Source of the DNA: Cyanobacteria bacterium P01_A01_bin.123
GTDB taxonomy: Bacteria > Cyanobacteriota > Cyanobacteriia > Phormidesmidales > Phormidesmidaceae
Assembly: GCA_039815185.1 (NCBI GenBank)
Contig: JBCBZT010000095.1
Span: 1 to 17,338, forward strand
Length of the DNA stretch: 17,338 bases
Direction: 5' to 3'
In this document: piece after piece, positions 1 through 10,463 of the stretch
Layout: each line of letters starts with the position of its first letter
Position numbering within the stretch: the stretch's first letter is position 1
Program-made: the position numbers and the translations under genes
The notes under the pieces: model-generated
Told to the model about the DNA's origin: nothing
The model's input: only the letters and a program-made list of their open reading frames with translations
The model's database searches: none

Positions 1-211
1 GAGTCGCTCAAAGAAGCCTCCTACCCTCCGTCAAGCCATGCTTTGGATTGCCCAATTAGGCGGATTTCTAGCTCGCAAAGGTGATGGAGAACCAGGCTTG
101 AAAACGCTATGGCGAGGGCTCACTAAGCTCCATACTTTGATAGAAGGAGCCCAACTAGCCGCTGAAACCTAACCTGTAAAAGTCTTTGAGCAACTTATGC
201 GTAAGGGACAG
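1..211 (+). mobile_element. Right end of an IS4/IS50-group insertion sequence, with a 19-bp terminal inverted repeat at 193-211
   Basis: ACTTATGCGTAAGGGACAG (reverse complement CTGTCCCTTACGCATAAGT) matches the Tn5 outside end CTGACTCTTATACACAAGT at 14/19 positions. It lies 20 bp after the transposase stop. Confidence 0.88.
2..172 (+). CDS. IS4-family (IS50/Tn5-like) transposase, C-terminal fragment, 5'-truncated by the window edge
   Basis: Not in the ORF track. Frame 2 translates to SRSKKPPTLRQAMLWIAQLGGFLARKGDGEPGLKTLWRGLTKLHTLIEGAQLAAET*. The IAxLGGFLxRKGDGEPGxKTLWRG motif is the Tn5-type C-terminal dimerisation region. Stop TAA at 170-172. Confidence 0.93.
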   Translation, partial: SRSKKPPTLRQAMLWIAQLGGFLARKGDGEPGLKTLWRGLTKLHTLIEGAQLAAET

Positions 212-244
212 CCTTGTGAAGGGGAGGTGCCGTAGGCAGAGGGG
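212..244. repeat. Partial cyanobacterial short dispersed palindromic repeat, cut by the IS
   Basis: CCTTGTGAAGGGGAGGTGCCGTAGGCAGAGGGG resembles the common cyanobacterial CCCCTT-n-AAGGGG-GTGCCGTAGGC-GGGG repeat. The outer left arm is missing at the IS boundary. Confidence 0.6.
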
Positions 245-376
245 TATTCATCTGTAGCCAGAAATTTGCGATTGGGTATTGGGCGGTAGCTGCGAGCCCA
301 ATTGCTTATGCATAGTGAATTTTTCCCCGGCGAAGGAACCTTAGAATGGGTGGATTCCTTGCAAGATAAGGCTTTG

Positions 377-421
377 CTCCCCTTCTCCCAGATTTGGGAG
401 AAGGGGTTGGGGGATGAGGGC
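377..421. repeat. Cyanobacterial short dispersed palindromic repeat; may also act as 3' hairpin of the minus-strand gene
   Basis: Perfect 12-bp stem CCCCTTCTCCCA (379-390) / TGGGAGAAGGGG (395-406), loop GATT, followed by the typical TTGGGGGATGAGGG tail. Confidence 0.75.
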
Positions 422-450
422 CTTCGGGGTGTTATTTGGTTACAAACGCC

Positions 451-3219
451 TTACCCCAAATCTAGCTCCGCCTTCATCAAACCATCCCCCATCGGCTTCA
501 ACGTAAAGCCCACTTTCTGAAACACATGGCGCATGGCACCATTCTCCATCAGCACCTCAGCCGTAATCCGCTGCAAGCCCTCACCGCGAGCAATTCCAAT
601 CAGCCGCTCTAGCAATTCGGTTCCTAACCCAAGCCGCTGGGCCGGATCAGCCACCAACATGGCAAACTCGGCTTCATTCGTATCGTGTAATTTACTCAGC
701 CTGCCCACCGCCAAAATCTCACGGTGCCCCGTCTCAGGGTTGTCATAATCAGCCACGAGTGCCATTTCACAGTCATAGTCAATAAAGCAAATCCGGGTGA
801 GCCGCTCATGGGCGGTGCGGTGGCTGAGCTTCATCAGGTGAAAGTAGCGGAGGTAAACGCTTTGCTCAGACAGGGTCTGGTGAAACTGAACAATCAGCGG
901 TTCATCTTCGGGCTGAATCGGGCGGATGGTGACCGTGCGCCCGTCTTTGGCGATCCAGTCAGCCACATACTGGGTGGGATAAGAACGAATCGCAGGCTTA
1001 GGAATCTGGTCTAAATCGACTTCAGCGCTGTAAAGGACAACGCGGGCATCCAAGGCTTGCAGATGCCGGGTACCCGGAGCATCAACCGGAGATACCAACA
1101 AAGGATTGATGTCGATCTCTTGGATCTCGGGATGCTCAACCACCAGCTGGCTAAAGCGCACCAATATCTGCTCTAGCTGATGCAGATCAATGGCGGATCG
1201 ACCCCGGGTACCTTGCAGGGCCGTATAGATCCGCGTCCGCTCCATTAGCCGTCGGGCCAAAGTCGTGGTGAGGGGGGGCAGCGCGATCGCGCTATCACGC
1301 ATCACCTCAACCATTTGGCCCCCGGTCCCAAACAGCAACACGGGGCCAAATTGGGCATCAATGCTGCTGCCCAAGATCAGTTCGTAGCCGTCATCTCGGT
1401 TGATCATCGGCTGCACCGTCACCCCGTTGAAATGCTCAGCGCCCGCTTTAGCGGTGACTGCCGCTTCAATATCGGCATAGGCTTGCTCAACGGTGGTCGG
1501 GTGGTTCAGATTGAGCTTGACGCCGCCAACATCTGTTTTATGGGTAATCGTTTCAGACAATAGTTTGAGCACCACCGGATAGCCCAAGCGCTCGGCGCAG
1601 TCAACGGCCTCGGCTGGACTGGTCGCTTTTAAGGTCTCCACAATCGGAATCCCATAGGCCGCTAACACCTGCTTAGACTCTTGCTCTGTGAGCAGCGTCC
1701 GCTCCTGCTGCCGAACCGATTGCAACAGATCATCCACCTGCGATCGCGCCGCGCCATGCCCATTGTCCTCAATGGCTGCAATTGGGGTTTCATATAACGC
1801 CCTGAGGTTGTAGCTATACCGCCACATGAAGTTAAACAACCGCGCTGCCGCATCGGGATAAGGATAGGTGGGAATGCTGGCCTCATTTAAAATCTCTTCA
1901 CCCGCCATCGCCTCAGTGCCCCCCATCCAGCTCGCCAGAACGGGTTTATCACTCTTTTGGGCGTAGGCTTTGAGTTGTTCAGCCGTGCGAATCGGATCCG
2001 TCATCGCCTGCGGCGTCAAAATCACCAAGATGCCATCCCCATCGGGATCTTCAGCCGCAATTTCAAAGGCCTTGGTATAGCGCTCAGGATCGGCATCGCC
2101 CAAAATATCAACCGGATTGCTATGACTCCAGTGGGTCGGCAACACATGATTCAACGCTGCAATGGTGTCGGCATTCAACGTGGCCAACTGCCCCCCCGAC
2201 GTGATTAGCGCATCGGTGGTCAGCACTCCGGGGCCACCCGCATTCGTCACAATTGTCAGCTTGGGGCCTTGGGGCAGGCGATCTTGCTTGGCTAACACTT
2301 CAGCCACATCAAACATTTCAGCGATCGTATCCACCCGCAGCACCCCGCAGCGCCGAAACGCAGCGTCTAACACGGCATCGCTACCCGCCAATGACCCCGT
2401 ATGGGAAGCCGCCGCCTTGGCCGCCGCTTCCGTCCGTCCAGCTTTGATCACAATGATCGGTTTGGTCAAAGCCACTTCCCGCGCGGCGGAGAGAAACGAA
2501 CGGGCATCGCCGATGCTTTCCATATAAATGACGATGCTGTGGGTGTGGGGATCATCGCCGAGATAATAGATTAAGTCGCCCCAATCCACATCCAGCATGG
2601 ATCCAATGGAGACGAAAGCGCTGAAGCCCACACTTTCTCGAATGCTCCAGTCCAGCACGGCAGTGCAAATCGCCCCACTCTGGCTAATAAAGGCAACGTT
2701 ACCGGGTTTCGCCATGGTTCCGGCGAAGGTGGCATTCAACCCATTACCCGGGCTCATCACCCCCAAGCAGTTAGGGCCAATCAGCCGCAGTTGGCTTTGG
2801 CGGAGTTGCGCCAAAATATCCTGCTCTAAAGCCAGTCCGGCTTCACCAATTTCTTTGAAGCCCGCAGAAATGACAATCGCTCCTTTTACCCCGGCTTCAA
2901 TACACTCGCGAATAATGTCGGGCACTGTAGGGGCAGGGGTGACAATGATCACCAGCTCAACCACCTCTGGGATTGCTTTAATCGAGCTGTAGGCCTTGAT
3001 GCCCAAAACACTGCTGCGTTTAGGGTTGACTGGAAAAAGCGTGCCCCCAAATGGATGACTAATTAGATTCCATAGCAGGGTCCGCCCAACACTGCCCGCA
3101 CGATCGGTAGCCCCAATCACGGCAACGGTTTTGGGTCTAAAAATAGCCCTCAGGGGCTGATGCTCCGATCGCAAGATGTCATAAGCGGGATCGGGAATCA
3201 ACGTTTGTAAATTGGTCAT
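451..3219 (-). CDS. Bifunctional ADP-forming acetate--CoA ligase family protein / GNAT acetyltransferase (Pat-like architecture)
   Basis: 922 aa. CoA-binding N-terminus ([14 protein letters not shown]), SQSGA, phospho-His loop [13 protein letters not shown]-grasp with HKTDVGGV and IDINPL, and C-terminal GNAT ([26 protein letters not shown]). Confidence 0.93.
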   Translation of the reverse strand: MTNLQTLIPDPAYDILRSEHQPLRAIFRPKTVAVIGATDRAGSVGRTLLWNLISHPFGGTLFPVNPKRSSVLGIKAYSSIKAIPEVVELVIIVTPAPTVPDIIRECIEAGVKGAIVISAGFKEIGEAGLALEQDILAQLRQSQLRLIGPNCLGVMSPGNGLNATFAGTMAKPGNVAFISQSGAICTAVLDWSIRESVGFSAFVSIGSMLDVDWGDLIYYLGDDPHTHSIVIYMESIGDARSFLSAAREVALTKPIIVIKAGRTEAAAKAAASHTGSLAGSDAVLDAAFRRCGVLRVDTIAEMFDVAEVLAKQDRLPQGPKLTIVTNAGGPGVLTTDALITSGGQLATLNADTIAALNHVLPTHWSHSNPVDILGDADPERYTKAFEIAAEDPDGDGILVILTPQAMTDPIRTAEQLKAYAQKSDKPVLASWMGGTEAMAGEEILNEASIPTYPYPDAAARLFNFMWRYSYNLRALYETPIAAIEDNGHGAARSQVDDLLQSVRQQERTLLTEQESKQVLAAYGIPIVETLKATSPAEAVDCAERLGYPVVLKLLSETITHKTDVGGVKLNLNHPTTVEQAYADIEAAVTAKAGAEHFNGVTVQPMINRDDGYELILGSSIDAQFGPVLLFGTGGQMVEVMRDSAIALPPLTTTLARRLMERTRIYTALQGTRGRSAIDLHQLEQILVRFSQLVVEHPEIQEIDINPLLVSPVDAPGTRHLQALDARVVLYSAEVDLDQIPKPAIRSYPTQYVADWIAKDGRTVTIRPIQPEDEPLIVQFHQTLSEQSVYLRYFHLMKLSHRTAHERLTRICFIDYDCEMALVADYDNPETGHREILAVGRLSKLHDTNEAEFAMLVADPAQRLGLGTELLERLIGIARGEGLQRITAEVLMENGAMRHVFQKVGFTLKPMGDGLMKAELDLG

Positions 3220-4066
3220 ATTGAAACCTGCACCATAAACGCCGATAGACGTAAAACTTTAAACGCTAAAGGTCTGACGAACCCACGTCGGCATTGCCCT
3301 CTAGCTTTGAATTAATCAAGCGTAAACCCATCAAAATAAGACTGTCTGGCAAATAAACTGTGTCTACATCCAGATCCACAGTTTCTTCTTAAGCTAAAAC
3401 TCCAGATTTCAAATCGGATGTGGTTTAGAACACAGCGTAAACGCATCAAAGCTTTGAAGCACACACCTCATTTATAGCCGGACTATCTATAGCTATAGCA
3501 AACAAAATGCTGACGACTGCACATTAGCCTTTGCAGCGTTTATTCGCTGGCCACCTTAAATTTAGACGAAGTCAAGCTGATTCAAACTCGATCAAACCTG
3601 AAGTGAAAATTAAGTTTGAAGATCACCGATAGACACCCGCAGACAACTCAGACAAACCAGACTAAAACAACTCAGACATTGCCTTAATGGCTCCCACAAT
3701 TAACCCAAAAGATATCCATAAAGGATATCTATATAGCTTTATCTATAGACTAACAAAACTCAAAAGTATCGGGGATTACGCACTATCACAAATTGGCGTA
3801 TTGGTTGCTACAGACCCATCTGATTTTCGCTTAAAGAAGCCCAAGTTATTTTTTTTTGTGAATCTGACGAGATGATTTTCTATCGCTACAAATAAACTAA
3901 GATTGTAGGTAGATAAGCAGATCTACTCAGCGCTAAACCTCTACTCACATAAGGTCTAGCCACATTCCATGGGATTCATCAAGGTTTTTGAGTTGATTTC
4001 TCAACCTACGATTGTGCTTAGATAGCAGCCTTGCCTCCAGTTACAGAAGAGAGGGATTTTTTACAT
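3220..4066. promoter_or_regulatory. Divergent control region between the acyl-CoA synthetase/GNAT gene and adhE
   Basis: About 850 bp, AT-rich, between two divergent start codons. Contains several direct and inverted repeats (see findings). Promoter positions cannot be fixed from sequence alone. Confidence 0.7.
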
Positions 4067-6718
4067 ATGGCGATCGCAACTGTTAACGCCCTAGAAGCAT
4101 TGATTCAAAACGTTAAGGCGGCTCAAGCCGAATACGCTCACTTCACGCAAGAAACCGTTGATTACATTTTCAAAAAAGCCGCGCTCGCCGCTAATGCAGC
4201 CCGGATTCCCCTAGCTAAAGTTGCCGTTGAAGAAACGGGTATGGGCGTGGTTGAAGACAAGGTGATTAAGAACCACTTTGCCTCCGAGATTATCTACAAC
4301 AAATACAAGCACGAAAAGACTTGTGGCGTCATAGAAGAAGATAAATCCTTTGGGATTCAACGGATTGCCGAACCCGTCGGCATTTTGGCGGGTATTGTCC
4401 CCACCACGAACCCCACCTCAACCGCGATTTTCAAAGCCTTAATTGCCTTGAAAACCCGCAACGCAATTATTTTTTCACCCCACCCTAGGGCCAAGCGCTG
4501 CACGATTCAAGCCGCCCGTGTGGTGCTAGAAGCCGCTGTCGCGGCGGGCGCTCCAGAAAACATCATTGGCTGGATCGATGAACCGTCTGTGGAACTCTCC
4601 CAAGCCTTGATGCAACACCCCGATATCAACTTGATTTTGGCCACGGGTGGGCCCTCGATGGTGAAAGCCGCTTACTCGTCGGGTCACCCCTCCCTGGGGG
4701 TCGGCTCAGGCAATACCCCAGCCGTGATTGACACCACTGCCGATATCAAAACGGCGGTTTCCTCTATTCTGCTCAGTAAGACCTTTGACAACGGCATGAT
4801 CTGCGCCAGCGAACAGTCTGTGATTGTGCTGGATGAGGTTTACGAGGCAGTACATGAAGAATTCAAGGCTCGGGGAGCCTATTTCTTAACCGAGGGCGAT
4901 CGCGCCCATTTGAGCCCCAAACTTTTAGTCAATGGTCGTTTGAATGCCGAAATCGTCGGGCAACCCGTGACCAGGCTGTCAGAGATTGCAGACATCTCTG
5001 TGCCTGACAATACGCGCGTGTTAATCGGTGAAGTCAGCGATATCAATCACGATGAACCCTTCGCTTACGAGAAGCTGACCCCAGTCCTGGCCATGTATCA
5101 CGCCAGTGACTTTGAGGATGCGGTGGATAAAGCCAAGCAGCTCGTTTGCTTCGGGGGCCGGGGGCACACCGCCGTGCTCTATACCGATCCGGCCAACATC
5201 GAACACATCCGCAACTTTGAAGACAGCGTAGAAACGGCCCGCGTGTTGATTAACACCCCGTCTTCCCAGGGGGCCATTGGCGACCTTTACAATTTCCGCT
5301 TAGATCCCTCTTTGACCCTAGGTTGCGGGACGTGGGGCGGTAACTCCGTCAGTGAAAACGTTGATCCCCATCACTTACTCAACATCAAAACGGTGGCGGA
5401 GCGCCGCGAAAACATGCTCTGGTTCCGAGTGCCGCCCAAGGTGTATTTCAAGTACGGGGCGCTACCCGTCGCCCTGCAAGAACTGGCCGGTCGCCAACGG
5501 GCCTTAATCGTGACCGACAAGCCCCTCTACAACCTGGGCATGACCGCCAGCCTAGAAGATGCCCTCAAACAGATCGGTCTCACTTACGACATCTTCTACG
5601 ATGTGGAACCCGATCCTTCTCTAGAGACGGTTCAGCGGGGGCTGGCGCTGATGAACTCGTTCAACCCAGACGTAATTATTGCCATCGGCGGCGGGTCGCC
5701 CATGGATGCGGCCAAAGTCATGTGGTTGATGTATGAGCACCCCGACATTGAGTTTGAAGGGCTAGCCATGCGATTCATGGACATCCGCAAGCGAGTCTAT
5801 GAATTGCCACCCTTAGGGGAAAAGGCGATTATGGTGGCCATTCCCACCACCTCCGGCACGGGCTCAGAAGTCACCCCCTTTGCAGTGGTGACCGATCAGC
5901 GGGTGGGGGTGAAATATCCCTTAGCAGACTACGCCCTCACCCCCACCATGGCAATTGTCGATCCCGCTTTAGTGCTGAACTTGCCGAAGCGGCTGACGGC
6001 CTACGGCGGCATTGATGCCCTCACCCATGCCCTCGAAGCCTACGCGTCTGTGATGGCCTCTGAATTCACCAATGGCATGGCTCTCGAAGCGATTCAACTG
6101 TTGTTTGAATATCTGCCCAGGGCTTATCGCCACGGGGCCCACGATCCCGAGGCTCGGGAAAAGGTTCACTATGCCTCCACCATTGCGGGCATGGCCTTTG
6201 CTAACAGTTTCCTCGGCATTTGCCATTCCATGGCCCACCAGCTTGGCGGTACCTTCCACATTCCCCACGGTCTGGCGAATGCGTTGATGATTTCCCACGT
6301 GATTCGCTACAACGCCACCGATGCGCCGTTCAAACAGGCGACCTTCTCCCAATACAAATATCCCAATGCCAAGTGGCGTTACGCCCGGGTTGCAGAATTC
6401 CTAGGACTCGCAGGCATCAACGAAGGGGATAAGGTCAACGCCTTAATTGCAGCTGTAGAAGATCTGAAGCGGCAGTTGGATATTCCAATCTCGATCCGCG
6501 ACGCCATGTCGGGCACCGAGGTAGATTTCTTCACCAAGCTAGATCTAGTGGCCGATCAGGCGTTTGACGATCAGTGTACGGTGGCAAACCCCCGCTATCC
6601 GCTAATTAGCGATCTGAAGCAACTGCTCGTCGATGCTTATCGTGGGGTATCACCGCTCACCCATATCGATCAGGTTCCCACAGCCGCATCAGAATCAGAA
6701 CTTCAGCCAATCGGCTAA
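4067..6718 (+). CDS. adhE: Bifunctional acetaldehyde-CoA/alcohol dehydrogenase
   Basis: ALDH domain (PTTNPTST, ATGG, catalytic Cys in FDNGMICASEQ), linker LTLGCGTWGGNS, Fe-ADH domain (GGGSPMDAAK, PTTSGTGSEVT, DALTHALE, CHSMAH, HGLANA). Start moved from TTG 4031 to ATG 4067, which follows the SD-like GAGAGGGA. Confidence 0.97.
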   Translation: MAIATVNALEALIQNVKAAQAEYAHFTQETVDYIFKKAALAANAARIPLAKVAVEETGMGVVEDKVIKNHFASEIIYNKYKHEKTCGVIEEDKSFGIQRIAEPVGILAGIVPTTNPTSTAIFKALIALKTRNAIIFSPHPRAKRCTIQAARVVLEAAVAAGAPENIIGWIDEPSVELSQALMQHPDINLILATGGPSMVKAAYSSGHPSLGVGSGNTPAVIDTTADIKTAVSSILLSKTFDNGMICASEQSVIVLDEVYEAVHEEFKARGAYFLTEGDRAHLSPKLLVNGRLNAEIVGQPVTRLSEIADISVPDNTRVLIGEVSDINHDEPFAYEKLTPVLAMYHASDFEDAVDKAKQLVCFGGRGHTAVLYTDPANIEHIRNFEDSVETARVLINTPSSQGAIGDLYNFRLDPSLTLGCGTWGGNSVSENVDPHHLLNIKTVAERRENMLWFRVPPKVYFKYGALPVALQELAGRQRALIVTDKPLYNLGMTASLEDALKQIGLTYDIFYDVEPDPSLETVQRGLALMNSFNPDVIIAIGGGSPMDAAKVMWLMYEHPDIEFEGLAMRFMDIRKRVYELPPLGEKAIMVAIPTTSGTGSEVTPFAVVTDQRVGVKYPLADYALTPTMAIVDPALVLNLPKRLTAYGGIDALTHALEAYASVMASEFTNGMALEAIQLLFEYLPRAYRHGAHDPEAREKVHYASTIAGMAFANSFLGICHSMAHQLGGTFHIPHGLANALMISHVIRYNATDAPFKQATFSQYKYPNAKWRYARVAEFLGLAGINEGDKVNALIAAVEDLKRQLDIPISIRDAMSGTEVDFFTKLDLVADQAFDDQCTVANPRYPLISDLKQLLVDAYRGVSPLTHIDQVPTAASESELQPIG

Positions 6719-6730
6719 CGCGTTTTCAGT

Positions 6731-6759
6731 GCGGTGCAGCGGTTGCTACCCTGCACCGC
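6731..6759 (+). other. GC-rich intergenic hairpin between adhE and pflB
   Basis: GCGGTGCAG (6731-6739) / CTGCACCGC (6751-6759), extendable by GGT/ACC. No U-tract follows. Confidence 0.65.
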
Positions 6760-6844
6760 GACATCGCCTCAACCCGCAGCATGAAAGTTTCATTTGGTTA
6801 CGCCATCCCGTTACGCCACATCAATTCCACAACGAGGTAATTCT

Positions 6845-9121
6845 ATGGTCACGACCCCAATTCGCAACACCAATCAATCAACCACCCCTGTTAATCAAGA
6901 CGTCTGGCAGGGTTTCTCGCCCGGTGCTTGGCAAGCTGAGATTAACGTGCGGGACTTTATTCAGCGCAACTATGCCCCCTACACGGGTGATGACACCTTC
7001 TTAGCTGGGGCAACGGAACGAACCCAGGCGCTGTGGGCTCAGGTCAGCGATCTGATGGTCCAAGAGCGATCGCAAGGCATTCTCGATGCAGACACCCAAG
7101 TCCCCACGGGGATTACAGCCCACGCTCCGGGCTATATCGACGCCTCCCTAGAGCAAATTGTGGGCCTGCAAACCGATAAGCCCTTGAAGCGGGCGATTAT
7201 GCCCCTGGGAGGAATTCGGGTCGTCCGCAAGTCTCTGGAAGCTTACGGCTACGAGCTAGATGCAGGCACTCACGAAATTTTCACCAAGTACCGCAAGACC
7301 CATAATGACGGCGTGTTTGATGCCTATACCCAAGAAATGAGGCTGGCGCGGCACTCTGGCATCATTACCGGCCTCCCCGACGCCTATGGTCGCGGGCGGA
7401 TTATTGGTGACTACCGGCGGGTCGCGCTGTACGGCATCGACCGTCTGATTGCCGATAAACGCGACCAACTCACTTCCTTAGAAGTCGATGCGATCATCGA
7501 AACCGTTATCCAACAGCGGGAAGAAATCAACGAGCAAATTCGCGCCCTGGATGAACTCAAAGCGATGGCCACGAACTACGGCTTTGACATCAGCCGTCCG
7601 GCATTGACAGCCCAAGAGGCGATCCAGTGGACCTATTTTGGCTACCTAGGCGCTGTAAAAGAGCAAAATGGCGCGGCGATGTCGCTTGGGCGAATTTCCA
7701 CCTTCCTAGATATCTACATTGAACGGGATTTGGCTAACGGCACACTGAGCGAAGGGGATGCCCAAGAGCTGATTGACCACTTGGTGATGAAGCTGCGGAT
7801 GGTGCGTTTTTTGCGCGCCCCTGAATATAACCAACTGTTCTCAGGCGATCCCGTGTGGGTGACCGAGTGCATTGGCGGCATGGGTGAAAACGGCCAGCCA
7901 TTGGTAACGAAAAGCAGCTTCCGGATGCTGCAAACCCTCTACAACCTCGGCCCTGCACCGGAGCCTAACCTAACTGTGCTGTGGTCTGAGCAGTTGCCCC
8001 TAGACTTCAAGCGCTTCTGTACCAAAACGTCCATCGACACCAGCTCGATTCAGTATGAAAACGACGACCTGATGCGGCCTTTGTACGGCGATGACTACGG
8101 GATTGCTTGCTGTGTCTCGGCCATGCGGATTGGGAAGCAGATGCAGTTCTTCGGGGCGCGGGTGAATTTGGCCAAGGCCCTACTGTACGCCATCAACGGC
8201 GGCAAAGATGAGAAATCGGGTAAACAAGTTGGCCCGACCCTCGACCCCATCACCGCAGAAGTGCTGACGTACGACGAAGTTGCTGATAAATTCAACCAGA
8301 TGCTGGCGTGGTTGGCGAAGACCTACGTCAACACCCTCAACGTCATTCACTACATGCACGATAAGTACTGCTATGAGCGGATAGAGATGGCGCTGCACGA
8401 TCGCGATGTTTATCGCACCATGGCCTGCGGCATTGCCGGGTTATCCGTGGTGGGAGATGCGCTCTCGGCGATTAAGTACGCTCGGGTTAAGGTGCTGCGC
8501 AATGACGACGGTCTCGCGGTTGATTATGAGATTGACGGCGACTATCCCAAGTTTGGCAACAACGACGATCGCGTCGACAGCATCACGTCTGGGTTGGTTG
8601 AGCAGTTTATGAACTTGGTGCGACAAAACCCAACTTACCGAAACGCCGTGCCAACGCAGTCAATTTTGACAATTACCTCTAACGTGGTTTACGGCAAGAA
8701 AACCGGCAGCACCCCCGATGGCCGCAAGGCGGGTGAACCCTTTGCCCCAGGGGCCAACCCAATGCACGGGCGGGATACAAAAGGCGCGATCGCGGCCTGT
8801 GCTTCCGTCGCCAAACTGCCCTACGAGCACGCTCAGGACGGCATCTCCTACACCTTCTCAATCGTGCCCCAAGCCCTCGGCAAAACCGATGAAGCCCAGG
8901 TGCACAACCTCATTGGCGTGCTGGATGCCTATTTCCACGACACCGGGCACCACATCAACATCAATGTGCTCAACCGTGAGACCTTGCTAGACGCCATGGA
9001 TCACCCCGAGAAATATCCCCAACTCACCATTCGGGTCTCGGGCTATGCGGTGAACTTTATCAAACTCACCCGCGAGCAACAGCTCGACGTGATCAACCGC
9101 ACATTCCACGAACGGATCTAA
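6845..9121 (+). CDS. pflB: Formate C-acetyltransferase (pyruvate formate-lyase)
   Basis: Catalytic Cys-Cys in [10 protein letters not shown], glycyl-radical motif [29 protein letters not shown] 6845, preceded by SD GAGGT, is preferred over TTG 6794. Confidence 0.97.
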   Translation: MVTTPIRNTNQSTTPVNQDVWQGFSPGAWQAEINVRDFIQRNYAPYTGDDTFLAGATERTQALWAQVSDLMVQERSQGILDADTQVPTGITAHAPGYIDASLEQIVGLQTDKPLKRAIMPLGGIRVVRKSLEAYGYELDAGTHEIFTKYRKTHNDGVFDAYTQEMRLARHSGIITGLPDAYGRGRIIGDYRRVALYGIDRLIADKRDQLTSLEVDAIIETVIQQREEINEQIRALDELKAMATNYGFDISRPALTAQEAIQWTYFGYLGAVKEQNGAAMSLGRISTFLDIYIERDLANGTLSEGDAQELIDHLVMKLRMVRFLRAPEYNQLFSGDPVWVTECIGGMGENGQPLVTKSSFRMLQTLYNLGPAPEPNLTVLWSEQLPLDFKRFCTKTSIDTSSIQYENDDLMRPLYGDDYGIACCVSAMRIGKQMQFFGARVNLAKALLYAINGGKDEKSGKQVGPTLDPITAEVLTYDEVADKFNQMLAWLAKTYVNTLNVIHYMHDKYCYERIEMALHDRDVYRTMACGIAGLSVVGDALSAIKYARVKVLRNDDGLAVDYEIDGDYPKFGNNDDRVDSITSGLVEQFMNLVRQNPTYRNAVPTQSILTITSNVVYGKKTGSTPDGRKAGEPFAPGANPMHGRDTKGAIAACASVAKLPYEHAQDGISYTFSIVPQALGKTDEAQVHNLIGVLDAYFHDTGHHININVLNRETLLDAMDHPEKYPQLTIRVSGYAVNFIKLTREQQLDVINRTFHERI

Positions 9122-9129
9122 TCTGAAAC

Positions 9130-9160
9130 GGTTCGGGCGTGGCAGCGCCACGTCCGAACC
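9130..9160 (+). terminator. Strong hairpin after pflB (partial terminator or mRNA-stabilising stem)
   Basis: 14-bp stem GGTTCGGGCGTGGC / GCCACGTCCGAACC with one G-U pair, loop AGC, 8 nt after the pflB stop. No clear U-tract. Confidence 0.6.
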
Positions 9161-9260
9161 AATCGATACTTAATTGTTTGCAAGGAGGATTCAGCTAGAA
9201 AAGGATCGGGTTGCCACAAAAGGTTTCCCAAAACCGTCCCTGCCGTTGCTCGTAAATGAT

Positions 9261-10040
9261 ATGACTGCCCATCCGCTGACCCACCATCCACCCCTACCTG
9301 ATCTCCATTCCTCTCACAAAGGTCGCATTCACTCCATCGAAACCTGCGGCACGGTGGACGGGCCAGGCATTCGCTATGTGATTTTTACCCAGGGTTGTTT
9401 GCTGCGCTGTCAGTATTGCCATAACCCCGACACCCGTGATCCCCTCGGCGGTAGAGAGGTGACGGTGGATGAGCTGATTGACGACATCAAAACCTATCGG
9501 TCTTACCTCAACTTTTCAGACGGCGGCATCACGATTACAGGGGGCGAACCGTTACTCCAACCTGAATTCGTCCGAGAGATTTTTCGCCGCTGCCAAGCAC
9601 TGGGTATCCATACGGCGCTAGACACCTCTGGCTTCCCCGATTTTGAAGCGTCTAAACCCGTCCTCGACCATGTAGACCTCGTTCTGCTCGACATCAAATC
9701 GTTTGATCCGGCAATCTACCATCAGGTGACTAACGTTGCCATCGAGCCAACGCTCCACTTCGCCCGCTACTTGAGTGAAATCCAGCAGCCAACCTGGATT
9801 CGCTTTGTGCTGGTGCCGGGCTTGACCGATGACCGTGATAATGTCGAGGGCTTGGCCCAGTTCGTTTCAACTCTGAATGGCGTTGAGAAAGTAGAAGTTC
9901 TCCCGTTCCATCAGATGGGTGCCTACAAATGGAAAGAACTTGGCCTGCCCTATTTATTAGAAAACACAAATCCACCCACATCAGCGCAGATTGAGGCAGT
10001 TAAACGCACGTTTAGCAGTTATGGGTTACTTGTTGAGTAA
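9261..10040 (+). CDS. pflA: Pyruvate formate-lyase activating enzyme (radical SAM)
   Basis: GRIHSIETCGTVDGPGIR, CxxxCxxC in GCLLRCQYCHNPDT, GGITITGGEP, LDTSG, LPFHQMG. Directly downstream of pflB. ATG 9261 preferred over TTG 9174. Confidence 0.95.
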   Translation: MTAHPLTHHPPLPDLHSSHKGRIHSIETCGTVDGPGIRYVIFTQGCLLRCQYCHNPDTRDPLGGREVTVDELIDDIKTYRSYLNFSDGGITITGGEPLLQPEFVREIFRRCQALGIHTALDTSGFPDFEASKPVLDHVDLVLLDIKSFDPAIYHQVTNVAIEPTLHFARYLSEIQQPTWIRFVLVPGLTDDRDNVEGLAQFVSTLNGVEKVEVLPFHQMGAYKWKELGLPYLLENTNPPTSAQIEAVKRTFSSYGLLVE

Positions 10041-10463
10041 ATCAACAAACTTAGAGATATTTACTAACCCCCAACACCCTAGATTATGTCTTCCTTTTTA
10101 ATCAGAGGTCGAGATCATCTTAAGGGATAATTCGTCTATTCTACAGCCTTAATCTCTGCGACTGTATTGGACAATATCTTTTCATATCAAGACTTGTAGA
10201 TTCTTCTTGACTTTCTCGCATTAGGCTTTTTTGACCAAATAAAAGTCACGATTGCCGTGTTAAGGCATAGAGATTTTATTGAGCGTCTTGTTACTTTTTG
10301 GACAACAAAGTAGTGTTCACACTGGACAGTTTTATGCCGCGGTAATTGAGATTCTATTTTTGCTGTAATCCTTCTCTGTTGATGAGTAGCAGCCTGGGTA
10401 GGAGATAGGTCAATAAGTGCCTTCTCGACCTATGCAGAATCGTCCTTTTATTTATGAAATACT

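Noticed and set aside
302..520. 72-aa ORF
   Set aside because: Runs through a palindromic repeat and overlaps the 3' end of the ACD-GNAT gene on the opposite strand. No recognisable motif.
3307..3319. FNR-like TTGAA-TTA-ATCAA
   Set aside because: The spacer is 3 bp rather than 4 and one half-site is imperfect.
3798..3811. NtcA-like GTA-N8-TAC
   Set aside because: Only 6 specified bases and no TAN3T -10 box at the canonical distance on either strand. Could easily be chance.
3687..3875. 62-aa ORF in the divergent region
   Set aside because: AT-rich, no SD, no recognisable motif. Likely a chance ORF within promoter DNA.
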